Source: Macrostomum lignano (Eukaryota). From it: a stretch of DNA of 64,000 nucleotides. Where the stretch lies: positions 315,295 to 379,294 of the forward strand of contig NIVC01000652.1 of assembly GCA_002269645.1 (NCBI GenBank). The letters are read 5' to 3'. How positions within the stretch are numbered: the first letter of the stretch is position 1; every line of letters starts with the position of its first letter. The notes under the pieces were generated by a model. The model saw only the letters and a program-made list of their open reading frames with translations. It searched no databases and was not told the origin of the DNA. Below, piece after piece: positions 24,608 through 36,865 of the stretch. The position numbers and the translations under genes were made by a program.

Positions 24608-25778
24608 ATGGAGCACTACAACATTGGCGAGACGGTGCACATCAGCGAGCCACCGGACATTCCCGGCCAGCTGCCGGTGCTGAGTTCGGACAGCGGCGTG
24701 GCCGATTCAGCCGACAGCGGGCGGCGCTTCTGCCTGCTGATGCAGGTGAAGCCCGGCAGCAAGGCTGGCCGTCTGGTCGACTACGCGGTGGCTCAGTTGC
24801 TAGGCAACGCTGACGCGGATGTCAAGTCCAAGCCGAAGCTGCACCCGATCGACCAGGTGCTGTGGACTGGGGACGGAGACGCCTTGGAGAAGGCGATCTC
24901 CTGCTCGGAGATGACCAAGCGAAGGTGCGACAGCCGCGGCCTGCAGCTGCACCAGGCGAACTGCCTGTTCTACCAGAAGATGCGCCAGTTCTACGAGCCG
25001 AAGCTGCCGGGGCTGGACCGGCTGCAGGTCGGTTGCGTCTGTCCGTTGTTCGTTTGTATCGTCCATTTCAAGTCATTTCATGTCATGTCAAGTCATTATT
25101 TCTCCTTTGTTGTCAACTTCAATACCTTTAGATTCGAAAAATGGGCAGTAACTACCCTTTGAGCACGAGTGAGCGATAAATACCCTTTGGACACGAGTGA
25201 GCGATAGATACCCTTTGGACACGAGTGAGCGATAGATACCCTTTGGACACGAGTGAGCGATAGATACCCTTTGGACACGAGTGAGCGATAGATACCCTTT
25301 GGACACGAGTGAGCGATAGATACCCTTTGGACACGAGTGAGCGATAGATACCCTTTGGACACGAGTGAGCGATACATACCCTTTGGACACGAGTGAGCAT
25401 TACTCTTTAAACTCGATTGAGCAATACAACACAAGCATTGGCGAGCAATATCTGATACCCCTGTCCAGTCAACAATGGCAAGTTACACAGCCAGCCACAT
25501 GTTGCTATTCGTCACCACCGCAGGCAGTCCGCGAGGTCCCGGCAATTCGCTGCCTGCTGTCCCGCCTGGAGCTGCCCGCCTCGGCCAGTCCGCTGCCGGC
25601 CGGCTCGGACTTTGCCGCTCACTTCGTGAGCAGCGTGCTGCCAGCTGAGGCCGGCCGGCAGCGCGCCGCGCCGGTCAGCAATCCGGCAAAGCGTCACGTG
25701 ACCAAGGTCAAGGCCAGGAAGGGCGCCAAGCTGCTACTGAGCGCCAAGCGGGAGGCGCCAAGCGGCGAGGAGAAATAA
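24608..25778 (+). CDS. RPP25L: Alba-family RNase P/MRP subunit p25-like protein, about 224 aa, 2 exons
   Basis: Exons 24608-25027 and 25524-25778 (phase 0). Motifs MQVKPGSK, KAISCSEMTKRR, LHQ and YEPKLPGLDRLQ|AVREVPAIRCLLS resemble Rpp25/Alba proteins. Confidence 0.8.
25153..25399. repeat. 28-bp minisatellite (about 9 copies) in the RPP25L intron
   Basis: Unit CCCTTTGGACACGAGTGAGCGATAGATA. Confidence 0.93.
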
Positions 25779-25847
25779 TTGGAAATCATGGATGACTCAC
25801 CGAGCTTGCTTGGGTCTATCTAAATCGCTAAATCGGAGTTATTCACA

Positions 25848-26287
25848 AAGACAGACAGGTAGATGGACAGACAGAGAGACAGGTAGATAGACAGACAGAG
25901 AGACAGGTAGATAGACAGACAGAGAGACAGGTAGATAGACAGACAGAGAGACAGGTAGATAGACAGACAGAGAGACAGAGAGACAGGTAGATGGACAGAC
26001 AGAAAGACAGATAGATAGACAGGTAGAGAGACAGGTAGATAAACAGACAGAGAGACAGGTAGATATACAGAGAGACAGGTAGATAGACAGACAGAGAGAC
26101 AGGTAGATATACAGAGAGACAGGTAGATAGACAGACAGAGAGACAGACAGAGAGACAGGTAGAGAGACAGGTAGATAAACAGACAGAGAGACAGGTAGAT
26201 ATACAGAGAGACAGGTAGATAGACAGACAGAGAGACAGACAGAGAGACAGGTAGATAAACAGACAGAGAGACAGGTAGATAGACAGG

Positions 26288-26376
<89 letters not shown>

Positions 26377-26430
26377 CGACCGACCGACAGGTAGACAGAT
26401 AGGCGGACAGACAGGTAGAGGGACAGACAA
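25848..26430. repeat. Compound (GACA)n / GAGAGACAGGTAGAT microsatellite
   Basis: Direct inspection. Confidence 0.95.
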
Positions 26431-27024
26431 ACAGATATATCGCGCCGAAGGTCCTGGAGGTCTGTCGGTGACATTTGAGCGACAAAAATCAGTTAAAGTT
26501 TTGGAATTTTGCAATTCTCGAGCTGGAATGGCTGACATTCTTGAAGTCTATATTTATAAAGAAATTCAACGAAAGCATCGTTAAACATCTCGATGGTCTT
26601 GCATGCTCAGAGTTTCATGACCAAAGATAATAAAGACTAGAAGATATAAACTATATTTCGTCAAGTGATGTAGATAAAGTTAACGTCATTTTTAAACCCA
26701 ACCCAGTCATGCTATGACCCTTCAACCCTTATTCTCAGCTTATCGTAGTTCAATAACGTACAAACTGCTTCGGAATTGTGTGGCCCAATAGTTTTCTTTC
26801 TTTGCATTTCTTGTCACCTCCAAAATGTTTCAGTGAATGAAGTTTAATTGAAAGCATTTGTCTTGCATATATATACTGTTAATCTTCGATACGCTTGTGT
26901 GCTACAGTTAAATACAGGTGTTATGATTATATAGGAGCCTTGGTGTTATTCCTGAACAACGTCAAAATTGCCTTTATGTCGCTGAACTATTTTTTCGTAG
27001 AGAAGCAATAGTAGACACTAAGGC

Positions 27025-27104
<80 letters not shown>

Positions 27105-27106
27105 TC

Positions 27107-27189
<83 letters not shown>

Positions 27190-27228
27190 TAGACAATCAG
27201 ACAGACAGGCAGATAGACAGACAGACAG
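27025..27228. repeat. (GACA)n microsatellite just upstream of GBE1
   Basis: Direct inspection. Confidence 0.95.
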
Positions 27229-27270
27229 GCAGCCGCTCATGCCCCAGAGTCCTGCAGTTGCAGCCCCGTC

Positions 27271-28765
27271 ATGGAAGCGCCGCCCGAGAATCCGCAGCTC
27301 GAGGAGCTGTTCAAGTTCGATCCCTACCTGCGAGGCTACGAAACCGAGCTGCGCCGGCGCTACAACTGCCTGCGCAGTGAATGGCGTCGAATTGAAGAGG
27401 CCGATGGCATCGAGCGCCTGTCGCACGGCTACCGCGAGTTCGGCGTCCGCGTGGACCCGGACGGCACGGTGCGCTGCCAGGAGTGGGCGCCGAACGCACA
27501 GGCCGTCTACCTGCGCGGCGACTTCAACAACTGGCGCGAGGACCAGTACCCGTTCGAGAAGCAGCCCTTCGGCAAGTGGACGCTGGTCATTCCGCCCAAG
27601 CCGGATGGCAAGCCAGCCATTGAGCACAACTCGGTGATCAAGCTGCTCATCATCGGGCCGCAGGGCCAGCGGCTCGACCGGCTGTCGCCGTGGGCGCCCT
27701 ACGTGACCCGGCCGCCAAAGGGAGCGCCCAGCGGCACCGTCTATGAGCAGCGGCTGTGGAATCCGCCGAAGCCGTACAAGTGAGCTGCGCACAGTTTGGC
27801 CTGCTCAGCTGAGCGGGTTAGGGCATCGTGTACTTTGGCCGCGCTGGAGGATTCAGTCTGCCTTCTGTGCACCTGCAAATCTAAATGCATTTTGACCATG
27901 CCATAGCACTTCTCCCGGAGTTAATATGTGACAGGAAGGCACTTAATCTGTCGTTTTTTGTGCGCACTCATTGTTTATTGAAGTCACGTGGTTGTGTGTC
28001 ACACAACCGGCGAGAGGCATTGCTGCCCATTCCGCCCAAGCAGACCCAAGCCGAGATTCCAGTTTAGCCCCAAATTAATGTGACTGCACTTGGAATCGAA
28101 CCTGGGCCGCTGGCACATAGACCAATAGGTTGGCGCTCACTTGTACCCAAGTTGAATGAATGCACTTAGTAAGAACTCTACCAATTGCCATGCATGGGAC
28201 TTTTGAATGCAAGTACATTGTACACACTAGAGTTTTTGGAGTCATGGCCAAAACATGCTTTTTGTTTGTCTCAATAGCAACCGCACTCTGTTCACCCGCC
28301 GCAGGCTGAACGTGCCCAGACCGCCGGTGCCAGCCAGCCTGCGCATCTACGAGGCCCACGTAGGCATCAGCTCGCCCGAGGAGCGCGTGGCCACCTACGA
28401 CTACTTCAGGGAGAGCGTGCTTCCCAGGGTGCGGGACCTCGGCTACAACTGCATCCAGCTCATGGCCGTGATGGAGCACGCCTACTATGCCAGCTTCGGC
28501 TACCAGATCACCTCTTTCTTCGCCGCCTCCAGCCGCTACGGCACCCCCTGCGAGCTCAAGCAGCTCATCGATGCCGCACACAGCATGGGCATCATCGTGC
28601 TGCTGGACATTGTGCACAGCCACGCCTCCAACAACACCATCGACGGGCTCAACCAGTTCGACGGCAGCAACAACTGCTACTTTCATGACGGGCCGCGCGG
28701 CCGGCACGACCTCTGGGACAGCCGGCTTTTCAACTACACCAGTCTGGAGGTGGGCTGATCCACGT

Positions 28766-28802
<37 letters not shown>

Positions 28803-29084
28803 TGTCTGTGTGTCTGTCTGTGTGTGTGTGTGTCTGTCTGTGTGTCTGTGTGTGTGTCTGTCTGTGTGTGTGTCTGTCTGTGTGTCTGTGTGTCTGTCTG
28901 TGTGTCTGTGTGTGTGTCTGTGTGTGTCTGTCTGTGTGTCTGTGTGTGTCTGTCTGTGTGTGTCTGTCTGTGTATCTGTGTGTGTGTGTCTGTGTGTGTG
29001 TGTCTGTGTGTCTGTGTGTGTCTGTCTGTGTGTATGTGTGTGTCTGTCTGTGTCTGTGTGTGTCTGTCTGTCTGTGTGTGTGTG

Positions 29085-29125
<41 letters not shown>

Positions 29126-29127
29126 GA

Positions 29128-29167
<40 letters not shown>

Positions 29168-29240
29168 GTGTATGTGTGTGTCTGTGTGTGTCTGTCTGTG
29201 TCTGTGTGTGTGTGTCTGTCTGTCTGTGTGTGTGTGTGTG

Positions 29241-29273
<33 letters not shown>

Positions 29274-29275
29274 GA

Positions 29276-29311
<36 letters not shown>

Positions 29312-31013
29312 GTGTATGTGTGTGTCTGTGTGTGTCTGTCTGTGTCTGTGTGTGTGTGTCTGTCTGTCTGTGTGTGTGTGTGTGTGTGTCTGTCTGTCTG
29401 TCTGTCTGTCTGTCTGATTGTCTGTCTGTCTGTCTGTCTGTCTGATTGTCTGTCTGTCTGTCTGTCTGTCTGGCTCTCTGTGTCCTAGTGTCTATTCGTC
29501 TAACAGTTTTCAGTATTTTAATCCTCATTTCGACGTACATGTACGATACGTATGATACAGGTGTACTAGCGCTTTGTGAGAGAGATCAGTTACTGAAAGC
29601 AGTAATGCAAGGTTTGTACATGTGCCAACATTCACAATTGGCAGGTGCTCCGCTTCCTGCTGTCCAACCTGACCTGGTGGATCGAGGAGTACGGCTTCGA
29701 CGGATTCCGCTTCGACGGCTGCATGTCCATGCTGTACCACCACCACGGCCTCAACCACAACTTCTCCGGCCACTACGACGAGTACTTCGGCATGAGCGTG
29801 GACACCGAGTCCCTCACGTACTTGGCCCTGGCCAACTGGCTGCTGCACAAGGCGCACCCCTTTGTCATCACCGTGGCCGAGGAGGTCAGCGGCCTGCCCG
29901 GCCTCTGCCGGCCAGTTGAGCACGGCGGCTACGGCTTCGACTACCGGCTGGCCATGGCCGTGCCCGACCTGTGGATCAAGCTGCTCAAGGGCGTCCCCGA
30001 CCAGGACTGGGACGTGGCCAAGATCTGCTTCGAGCTGGAGAACCGGCGCTACGGCGAGAAGGCCATCGCCTACGCCGAGTCGCACGATCAGGCTCTGGTC
30101 GGTGACAAAACCATCGCCTTCTGGCTGATGGACAAGGAGATGTACACCCACATGTCCACCCTGTCCGATCCGTCCCTCATCATCGACCGGGGCATCGCCC
30201 TGCACAAGATGATCCGCCTGATCACGCACGCTCTTGGCGGTGAGGGCTACCTGAACTTCATTGGCAACGAGTTCGGGCACCCCGAGTGGCTGGACTTCCC
30301 CCGGCTTGGCAACGGCGAGTCTTACTATTATGCCAGGCGGCAGTTCAACCTGGTTGACGACAAACTGCTGCGCTATCAGCATCTCAACAATTTTGATGCG
30401 GCTATGAACCTGGCCGAGGCCCGGTTCGGCTGGCTGCACCGGGGTCCCGGTTACATTACCAGGTGAATGGGCGGCGATTCAGTGAGATGCGTCTAATATG
30501 GAAATTCCGAAAAAGGCCGCATTATAGCACCAAAACAGGCCGCATTAGAGCACCAAAACAGGCCTCATTAGAGCACCAAAGCAGGCCGCATTAGAGCACC
30601 AAAGCAGGCCGCATTAGAGCACCAAAACAGGCCGCATTAGAGCACTTTGAACAGACTAATTTAGGTTAAAAATGCGCCAAAGGTTGCAATTTTGCGCCAA
30701 AACGAACTTTGCGCCCAGGAAGCACAACGGCGATAAGGTGGTGGCCTTCGAGCGGGGCGGCCTGCTGTTCGCCTTCAACTGGCACTGGGCCAGCAGCTTC
30801 ACGGACTATCGGCTGGGCGTGGCCGAGCCCGGACGCTACCGGATTGTGCTCAACACCGACCGGCCGGAGTTCGGCGGACACAACCGAGTGGACGAGAATA
30901 CGCAATTCTTCACCCAGCCTGGCGACTTTGACGGCCGCGGCAACTCGCTGCAGCTGTACCTGCCCTGCCGCTGCGCCGTGGTTCTGGCCAGGGAGGACGG
31001 AGCCGCCGCTTGA
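27271..31013 (+). CDS. GBE1: 1,4-alpha-glucan (glycogen) branching enzyme, GH13, 688 aa, 4 exons
   Basis: Exons 27271-27779, 28305-28749, 29645-30462 and 30719-31013 total 2067 nt and are in frame with GT..AG boundaries. Motifs [28 protein letters not shown] (nucleophile), AEEVSG (acid/base) and AESHDQ. Confidence 0.97.
28764..29472. repeat. (GT)n/(GTCT)n compound microsatellite in GBE1 intron 2
   Basis: Direct inspection. Confidence 0.95.
30515..30645. repeat. 23-bp minisatellite in GBE1 intron 3
   Basis: Unit GGCCGCATTAGAGCACCAAAACA, 5-6 copies. Confidence 0.9.
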
Positions 31014-31556
31014 TGGTCATGGACTATCAGTGTTTGGATTGGACTGGAAAGGTCTTGCAAGGACCGCTAGAAGTAGATAAACTAAACGCATAGTTTCTTA
31101 GAAAATAAGTGTTTTTGAAGGCCTGCTCTGTTTTGTGTGCTAAGGATTTTCAAAGTGAAATAATTTGTTTAAATTGAGATATTGAATACAATTGTGTGAG
31201 GAGGTACACGTCTAAGAAACCAAGTGTGGATGCCTTACTGCATCTGCTGGTTCTTGGAATTCGCAACAGAGGCACTGAAGCCCGATCGTGGCATGCGCCC
31301 GAGTCCCATCGCTCTCGATCATCTTCGTAGTGCATTTTTTCGGCCAAAATAATCGGCATTCAGATTGATTTGCCGTCAATTGTTGAAATACCGGCACCCG
31401 AGCTGCGCTTTTTGTAGTAACCTTTGATTTAATTGGTCCACTAGCCTATCGCCATTGCTATTCACCTTGATTAATTTTGCTTTTTTCACGATCATCAATT
31501 ATCCTCTTTGCAGTCATTGCTTGTTAATCTTGTGAGGTGTTTTCATTATTCCTCTA

Positions 31557-32645
31557 GGTGAGTTATCCCATCTCTGCCACAGTGAGTTATCCCATCTCTG
31601 CCACAGTGAATTATCCCATCTCTGCCACCGTGAGTTATCCCATCTCTGCCACAATGAGTTATCCCATCTCTGCCACACTGAGTTATCCCATCTCTGCCAC
31701 ACTGAGTTATCCCATCTCTGCCTCAGTGAGTTATCCCATCTCTGCCTCAGTGAGTTATCCCATCTCTGCCACACTGAGTTATCCCATCTCTGCCTCAGTG
31801 AGTTATCCCATCTCTGCCTCAGTGAGTTATCCCATCTCTGCCTCAGTGAGTTATCCCATCTCTGCCTCAGTGAGTTATCCCATCTCTGCCTCAGTGAGTT
31901 ATCCCATCTCTGCCACAGTGAGTTATCCCATCTCTGCCACAGTGAGTTATCCCATCTGTGCCACAGTGAGTTATCCTATCTCTGCCACAGTGAATTATCC
32001 CATCTCTGCCACAGTGAGTTATCCCATCTGTGCCACAGTGAGTTATCCCATCTCTGCCACAGTGAGTTATCCCATCTCTGCCACAGTGAGTTATCCCATC
32101 TGTGCCACAGTGAGTTATCCTATCTCTGCCACAGTGAATTATCCCATCTCTGCCACAGTGAGTTATCCCATCTGTGCCACAGTGAATTATCCCATCTCTG
32201 CCTCACTGAGTTATCCCATCTCTGCCTCACTGAGTTATCCCATCTCTGCCTCACTGAGTTATCCCAGCTCTGCCTCACTGAGTTATCCCATCTCTGCCAC
32301 AGTGAGTTATCCCATCTGTGCCACAGTGAGTTATCCCATCTCTGCCACAGTGAGTTATCCCATCTCTGCCACAGTGAGTTATCCCATCTGTGCCACAGTG
32401 AGTTATCCTATCTCTGCCACAGTGAATTATCCCATCTCTGCCACAGTGAGTTATCCCATCTGTGCCACAGTGAATTATCCCATCTCTGCCTCACTGAGTT
32501 ATCCCATCTCTGCCTCACTGAGTTATCCCATCTCTGCCTCACTGAGTTATCCCAGCTCTGCCTCACTGAGTTATCCCATCTCTGCCACAGTGAATTATCC
32601 CATCTCTGCCTCACTGAGTTATCCCATCTCTGCCTCACCGAGCCC
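31557..32645. repeat. 24-bp minisatellite, about 45 copies
   Basis: Unit GTGAGTTATCCCATCTCTGCCACA. Confidence 0.95.
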
Positions 32646-33464
32646 AATAATGACTGGCGATGAATTTTTGTCGTTAACAAATTGTCTTAAAATAACAAAT
32701 ATTTTATCTTTTTGCGCTTAATTTTTCCCATATTTTGCTTGAAGAGCAACAGCACCGCATCCCTTGCCCAGCATCACTAACGTCAGCCAGGAAATCCCGG
32801 TACTCCGCCATCATCACTTCTAGCTAGTTATTAGACGTTTTGCTATTTTTGAGCATTCTCATTTCAATCTTTCTGAGCATGTTGTTTCGTCTTTGAGCAG
32901 TCGCTTCTGTAATCGATTTTCTGTTCTAAAAATAGATTTCTGTTAGTCTGCAATCATTATGGCGCCACGATTCCCACTTTGATATGCTGTGTTTTCTTAG
33001 CGATTCGGTAGCTTAGCAGCGGTTGGACAAATTTTTGTTTTCAAATTTGACTGTTTGTCTTCCCTTTGACCTTTTTTGTTATAAGCCAGCAGATCGACCC
33101 GGTCTCTGGCTTTTTCAACGCTAATTTTAGTTGCCAGTTGCGATGGGAAAGGCGGGATTGGAATTGATTTTTTGTGCTTTAGAAACCGCGCGAGTCAAGT
33201 AGTGATTTAGTTTAACTAGCTATCGTATCTTTATTCGATACGAATTTTCAATTAGCTATAGATAAATATATATTTAACAACTGTCATCATATCTTTCGTT
33301 ATTAATAACTAATTCAATCGAATTGGACTTTATTTTAACTTTTCGAACTCCTAGCAAAATGGGGTCGCCAATTGTCCATTGAGAATCGTCTTTTATCCCT
33401 TGAAACTTTTGGCGTGAAAAATCGCTCATTTATTATCCCATGATAATCAACCCGTACGAGTATT

Positions 33465-34000
33465 CCATGAGAACCACCCTCTATCCCTATCCCATCAGGA
33501 TCACCCGTTATCCCATGAGAATCACCCGTTATCCCATGAGGAGCACCCCTTATCCCTTATCCCATAAGGATCACCCCTTATCCCTTATCCCATGAGAGTC
33601 ACGAATTACCCCATGAGCAACCCCCCTTACCCCATGAGCAACCCCCCTTACCCCATGAGCAACCCCCCTTATCCCATGAGAATCACCTGTTATCCCATGA
33701 GGAGCACCCCTTGTCCCATGAGAATCACCCCTTATACCATGAGAATCACCCCTTATACCATGAGGATCACCCATTATCCCATGAGAATCACCCCTTGTCC
33801 CATGAGAATCACCCCTTGTCCCATGAGAATCACCCCTTATACCATGAGAATCACCCTTATCCCTTATCCCATGAGAGTCACGAATTACCCCATGAGCAAC
33901 CTCCCTTACCCCATGAGCAACCCCCCCCCCTTACCCCATGAGCAACCCCCCCTTATCCCATGAGAATCACCCCTTGTCCCATGAGAATCACCCTTATCCC
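33465..34000. repeat. About 21-bp degenerate minisatellite upstream of MFSD9
   Basis: Unit CCCATGAGAATCACCCCTTAT and variants. Confidence 0.9.
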
Positions 34001-34051
34001 TTGACGATTGCCCGTAACGTTCGCCATTCGCCCACCGCCCCTCAACTTCAG

Positions 34052-34468
34052 GCCGGCTTATTTGTCGCTGAGCTGGCGCAATCTGACAGGCGGCAGTTTC
34101 TGCTGTGCCTGGCAGGCTTTGCGGTGAGTTCACTGCTCAAGTGCGCTGTAGCGTGGCTCATCGGCCTTATCTTACCTTTCATTTACTCATAATTTGCTCA
34201 GGACCTGTTCTGCGTCAGCATGGTCATCACCTGCCTGCCCATTCACCTGAAACAAATCGGCATGGCTCCGTTCTATATGGGATTGTTCCGTAAGCCAGTA
34301 AACTACTCGAATATTTTACTACTATCAGTAGTATTCGTGTTGCTTCAGTCTTAGTGAGACATTACTGGGAAATTTTGATTTTCCAGAGTCCGAGTACGGA
34401 GCTGTGCAGATTTTTTCAAGCTCGATTTGTGTGAGTTTTTTGTTGTGTACTGTCTGTCTGTCTGTCTA

Positions 34469-34505
<37 letters not shown>

Positions 34506-34542
34506 GCCTGTCTGTCTGTCTGTCTGACTGTCTGTCTGTCTG

Positions 34543-34629
<87 letters not shown>

Positions 34630-34632
34630 GAC

Positions 34633-34663
<31 letters not shown>

Positions 34664-34708
34664 GCCTGTCTGTCTGTCTGTCTGTCTGACTGTCTGTCTG
34701 TCTGTCTG

Positions 34709-34749
<41 letters not shown>

Positions 34750-34752
34750 GAC

Positions 34753-34783
<31 letters not shown>

Positions 34784-34812
34784 GTCTGTCTGACTGTCTG
34801 TCTGTCTGTCTG

Positions 34813-34849
<37 letters not shown>

Positions 34850-34852
34850 GAC

Positions 34853-34903
<51 letters not shown>

Positions 34904-36148
34904 GCCTGTCTGTCTGTCTGTCTGTCTGTGCCTGTCTGTCTGTCTGTCTGTGTCTGCTGGTTTCTCTTGAGTCTGTCAGTCTTGGTCTCAGTTTCCCATT
35001 CCCAGCCCAGCTCAGTTAGGCTTCCCAATTCGCGCCCTCCCTCCTCCCAGGGCCGCCTGGTTCGCCGGTTCGGCGCCCGCAACGCCCACAGCCTTTGCTG
35101 CGTGGCCTCCGCCGCGGGCTACCTGGCGTTGGGCCTCGGGCCGCCCGACTTCCCCAGCCTAGCCAGCCTCCGCCTCATCACGGCTCTGTTCAAGCACACC
35201 CAGACTCTGCAGCGGACGCAGCTCGCCTCGTCGCCTGACGTCAGCGAAAGTCGCTGGATCCGCCTGCTCGGCTCGCACTCGACGCTGTCCTCCCTCGGCT
35301 TCATCGTCGGGCCCATGGTCGGCGGGGTCGCCTTCGACTTTGGCGGCTTCCGCCTGGTGACCGGCCTCGCCTGCGTCGGCTTTTTGGCTGTCGGCATCGC
35401 GACCGCGGTGTCGGCAGCAGCGCCAGCTGCCGAGGTGGCGCCGAAGTCATCCGGTCGGAGTTCTAGGCCGACTCCGACCTCCTCGGCGCTGTCCGCTGCG
35501 CTGGCCGTGGCCGACCTGCTGGCGCTGCAGCTGCCGATGTCGCTGGCCGCTCAGCTGTTCCGGCACAACTTCGCCCTGGCGCTGAACTCGCGCTTCTCTG
35601 CCTCGTCCGCCGGCGCGGGCCTCGCCACCTCGCTGGGCGCCGTCTCCGGCCTGCTGTCCGGCCTGGCCGTCGGGCCGCTGCAGTCGGCCACTGGCCTCGG
35701 CCCCGACCGCCTGGTGCTGCTGGCAGCCGCCGGCCAGGCCGCCTGCCTCTCACTGGCCGCCTCGGGTCTCGTCACCAGCCTGGCGCAGTTCGCCGCCGCC
35801 CAGGCCCCGCTGAGCTTCTTCAACGGCCTGGCCAGGGACGCCTACCCGACCCTGCTGCGCTGCCGGCTTGTCAGCTCGTCCTTCGCCTGTCCCGAGGCCG
35901 CCCTGACCGACGCGATGGCCGCCTCGCAGTCGGTGAACTCCCTGGCCCGCCTGCTCGCTCCGCTGCTCGGCGGCTGCGTCGAAGCCGCGCTGCCCGGCCA
36001 CGAAGCTCCGAGCCAGCCAGCTGCAGCGCTGATCTCCGTCTGCCTGGCCTGCCCGCTGGCCGCCGCAGCTCCCGCGGTTAACTGGCTGCAGAGCCGGCGA
36101 GGACGGCTGGCCGCTGGCTGTCCGGATGCGGATCGGAAGTCGCGCTGA
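34052..36148 (+). CDS. MFSD9: Major facilitator superfamily transporter (MFSD9-like); start codon not present locally
   Basis: Exons 34052-34123, 34202-34289, 34387-34430 and 35051-36148 splice in frame: [12 protein letters not shown]|DLFCVSMV...GLF|[15 protein letters not shown]|[10 protein letters not shown]...LFKHT...[11 protein letters not shown]. This parallels the MFSD9 pattern GFLDLFGVSM / SYGILQLFSS / IFKHT / GFILGPVVGG as recalled. Confidence 0.8.
34450..34955. repeat. (CTGT)n microsatellite in MFSD9 intron 3
   Basis: Direct inspection. Confidence 0.95.
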
Positions 36149-36616
36149 CGAATCTTCACCCCAGTTTTTATCTGAAATTTTAAGCTATAAAATTTGCTAC
36201 CTGCCTACTGCATTGCAGGCGCAAGTAGTCTGTATAGATTTTTTAATCGTAATTTTCTGTTAGCATAATTTTAATTAACCACCAGGAACGGCAGGAAGGG
36301 ATGCGATCCAACTTTGAGTTCCTGATTTTCAGTAGTTCCCAGTATGAGCATTATTCCATGTGCCAAGCGCCTTGCCCGCACTTCCAGCTGTCTTTCCTGA
36401 TCTGATTTTGCACAGAATCGCACAAAATCTACAAAATCACAATGTTCCGTTGTTTATCTTTCGTTGTGACAAAAATATAAACAAACATACTCAGAAATGT
36501 TTTTTACTTCTTGTTTTTTATTACTTTGCTGCCCACCTTCTTTCCTGGCAAGGTACAGTACGGTCTCTTGAGCGTAGATGCCAATGTGTAGTAAAAATAA
36601 TATTCCACTACAAATA

Positions 36617-36669
36617 GTACTACTACTACTGCTACTACTGCTACTAATACTACTACTACTGATACAACA

Positions 36670-36726
<57 letters not shown>

Positions 36727-36730
36727 GCTA
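36617..36730. repeat. (TAC)n microsatellite between MFSD9 and DHPS
   Basis: Direct inspection. Confidence 0.95.
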
Positions 36731-36865
36731 TATTCACTGTAATACTGTTAAATGATGCTAAAACATTCTAAAGAATTTTGCCTAGCAATTTTTTTTCTGG
36801 AACCCAAGACAGTTGCATACTTGATAAAGAAGTACATTCTCAAGCACTCCCCGGACACTTCAGCC

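Noticed and set aside
17161-31080. Long antisense and alternative-frame ORFs overlapping ZDHHC17 and GBE1
   Set aside because: Expected shadows of GC-rich codon usage.
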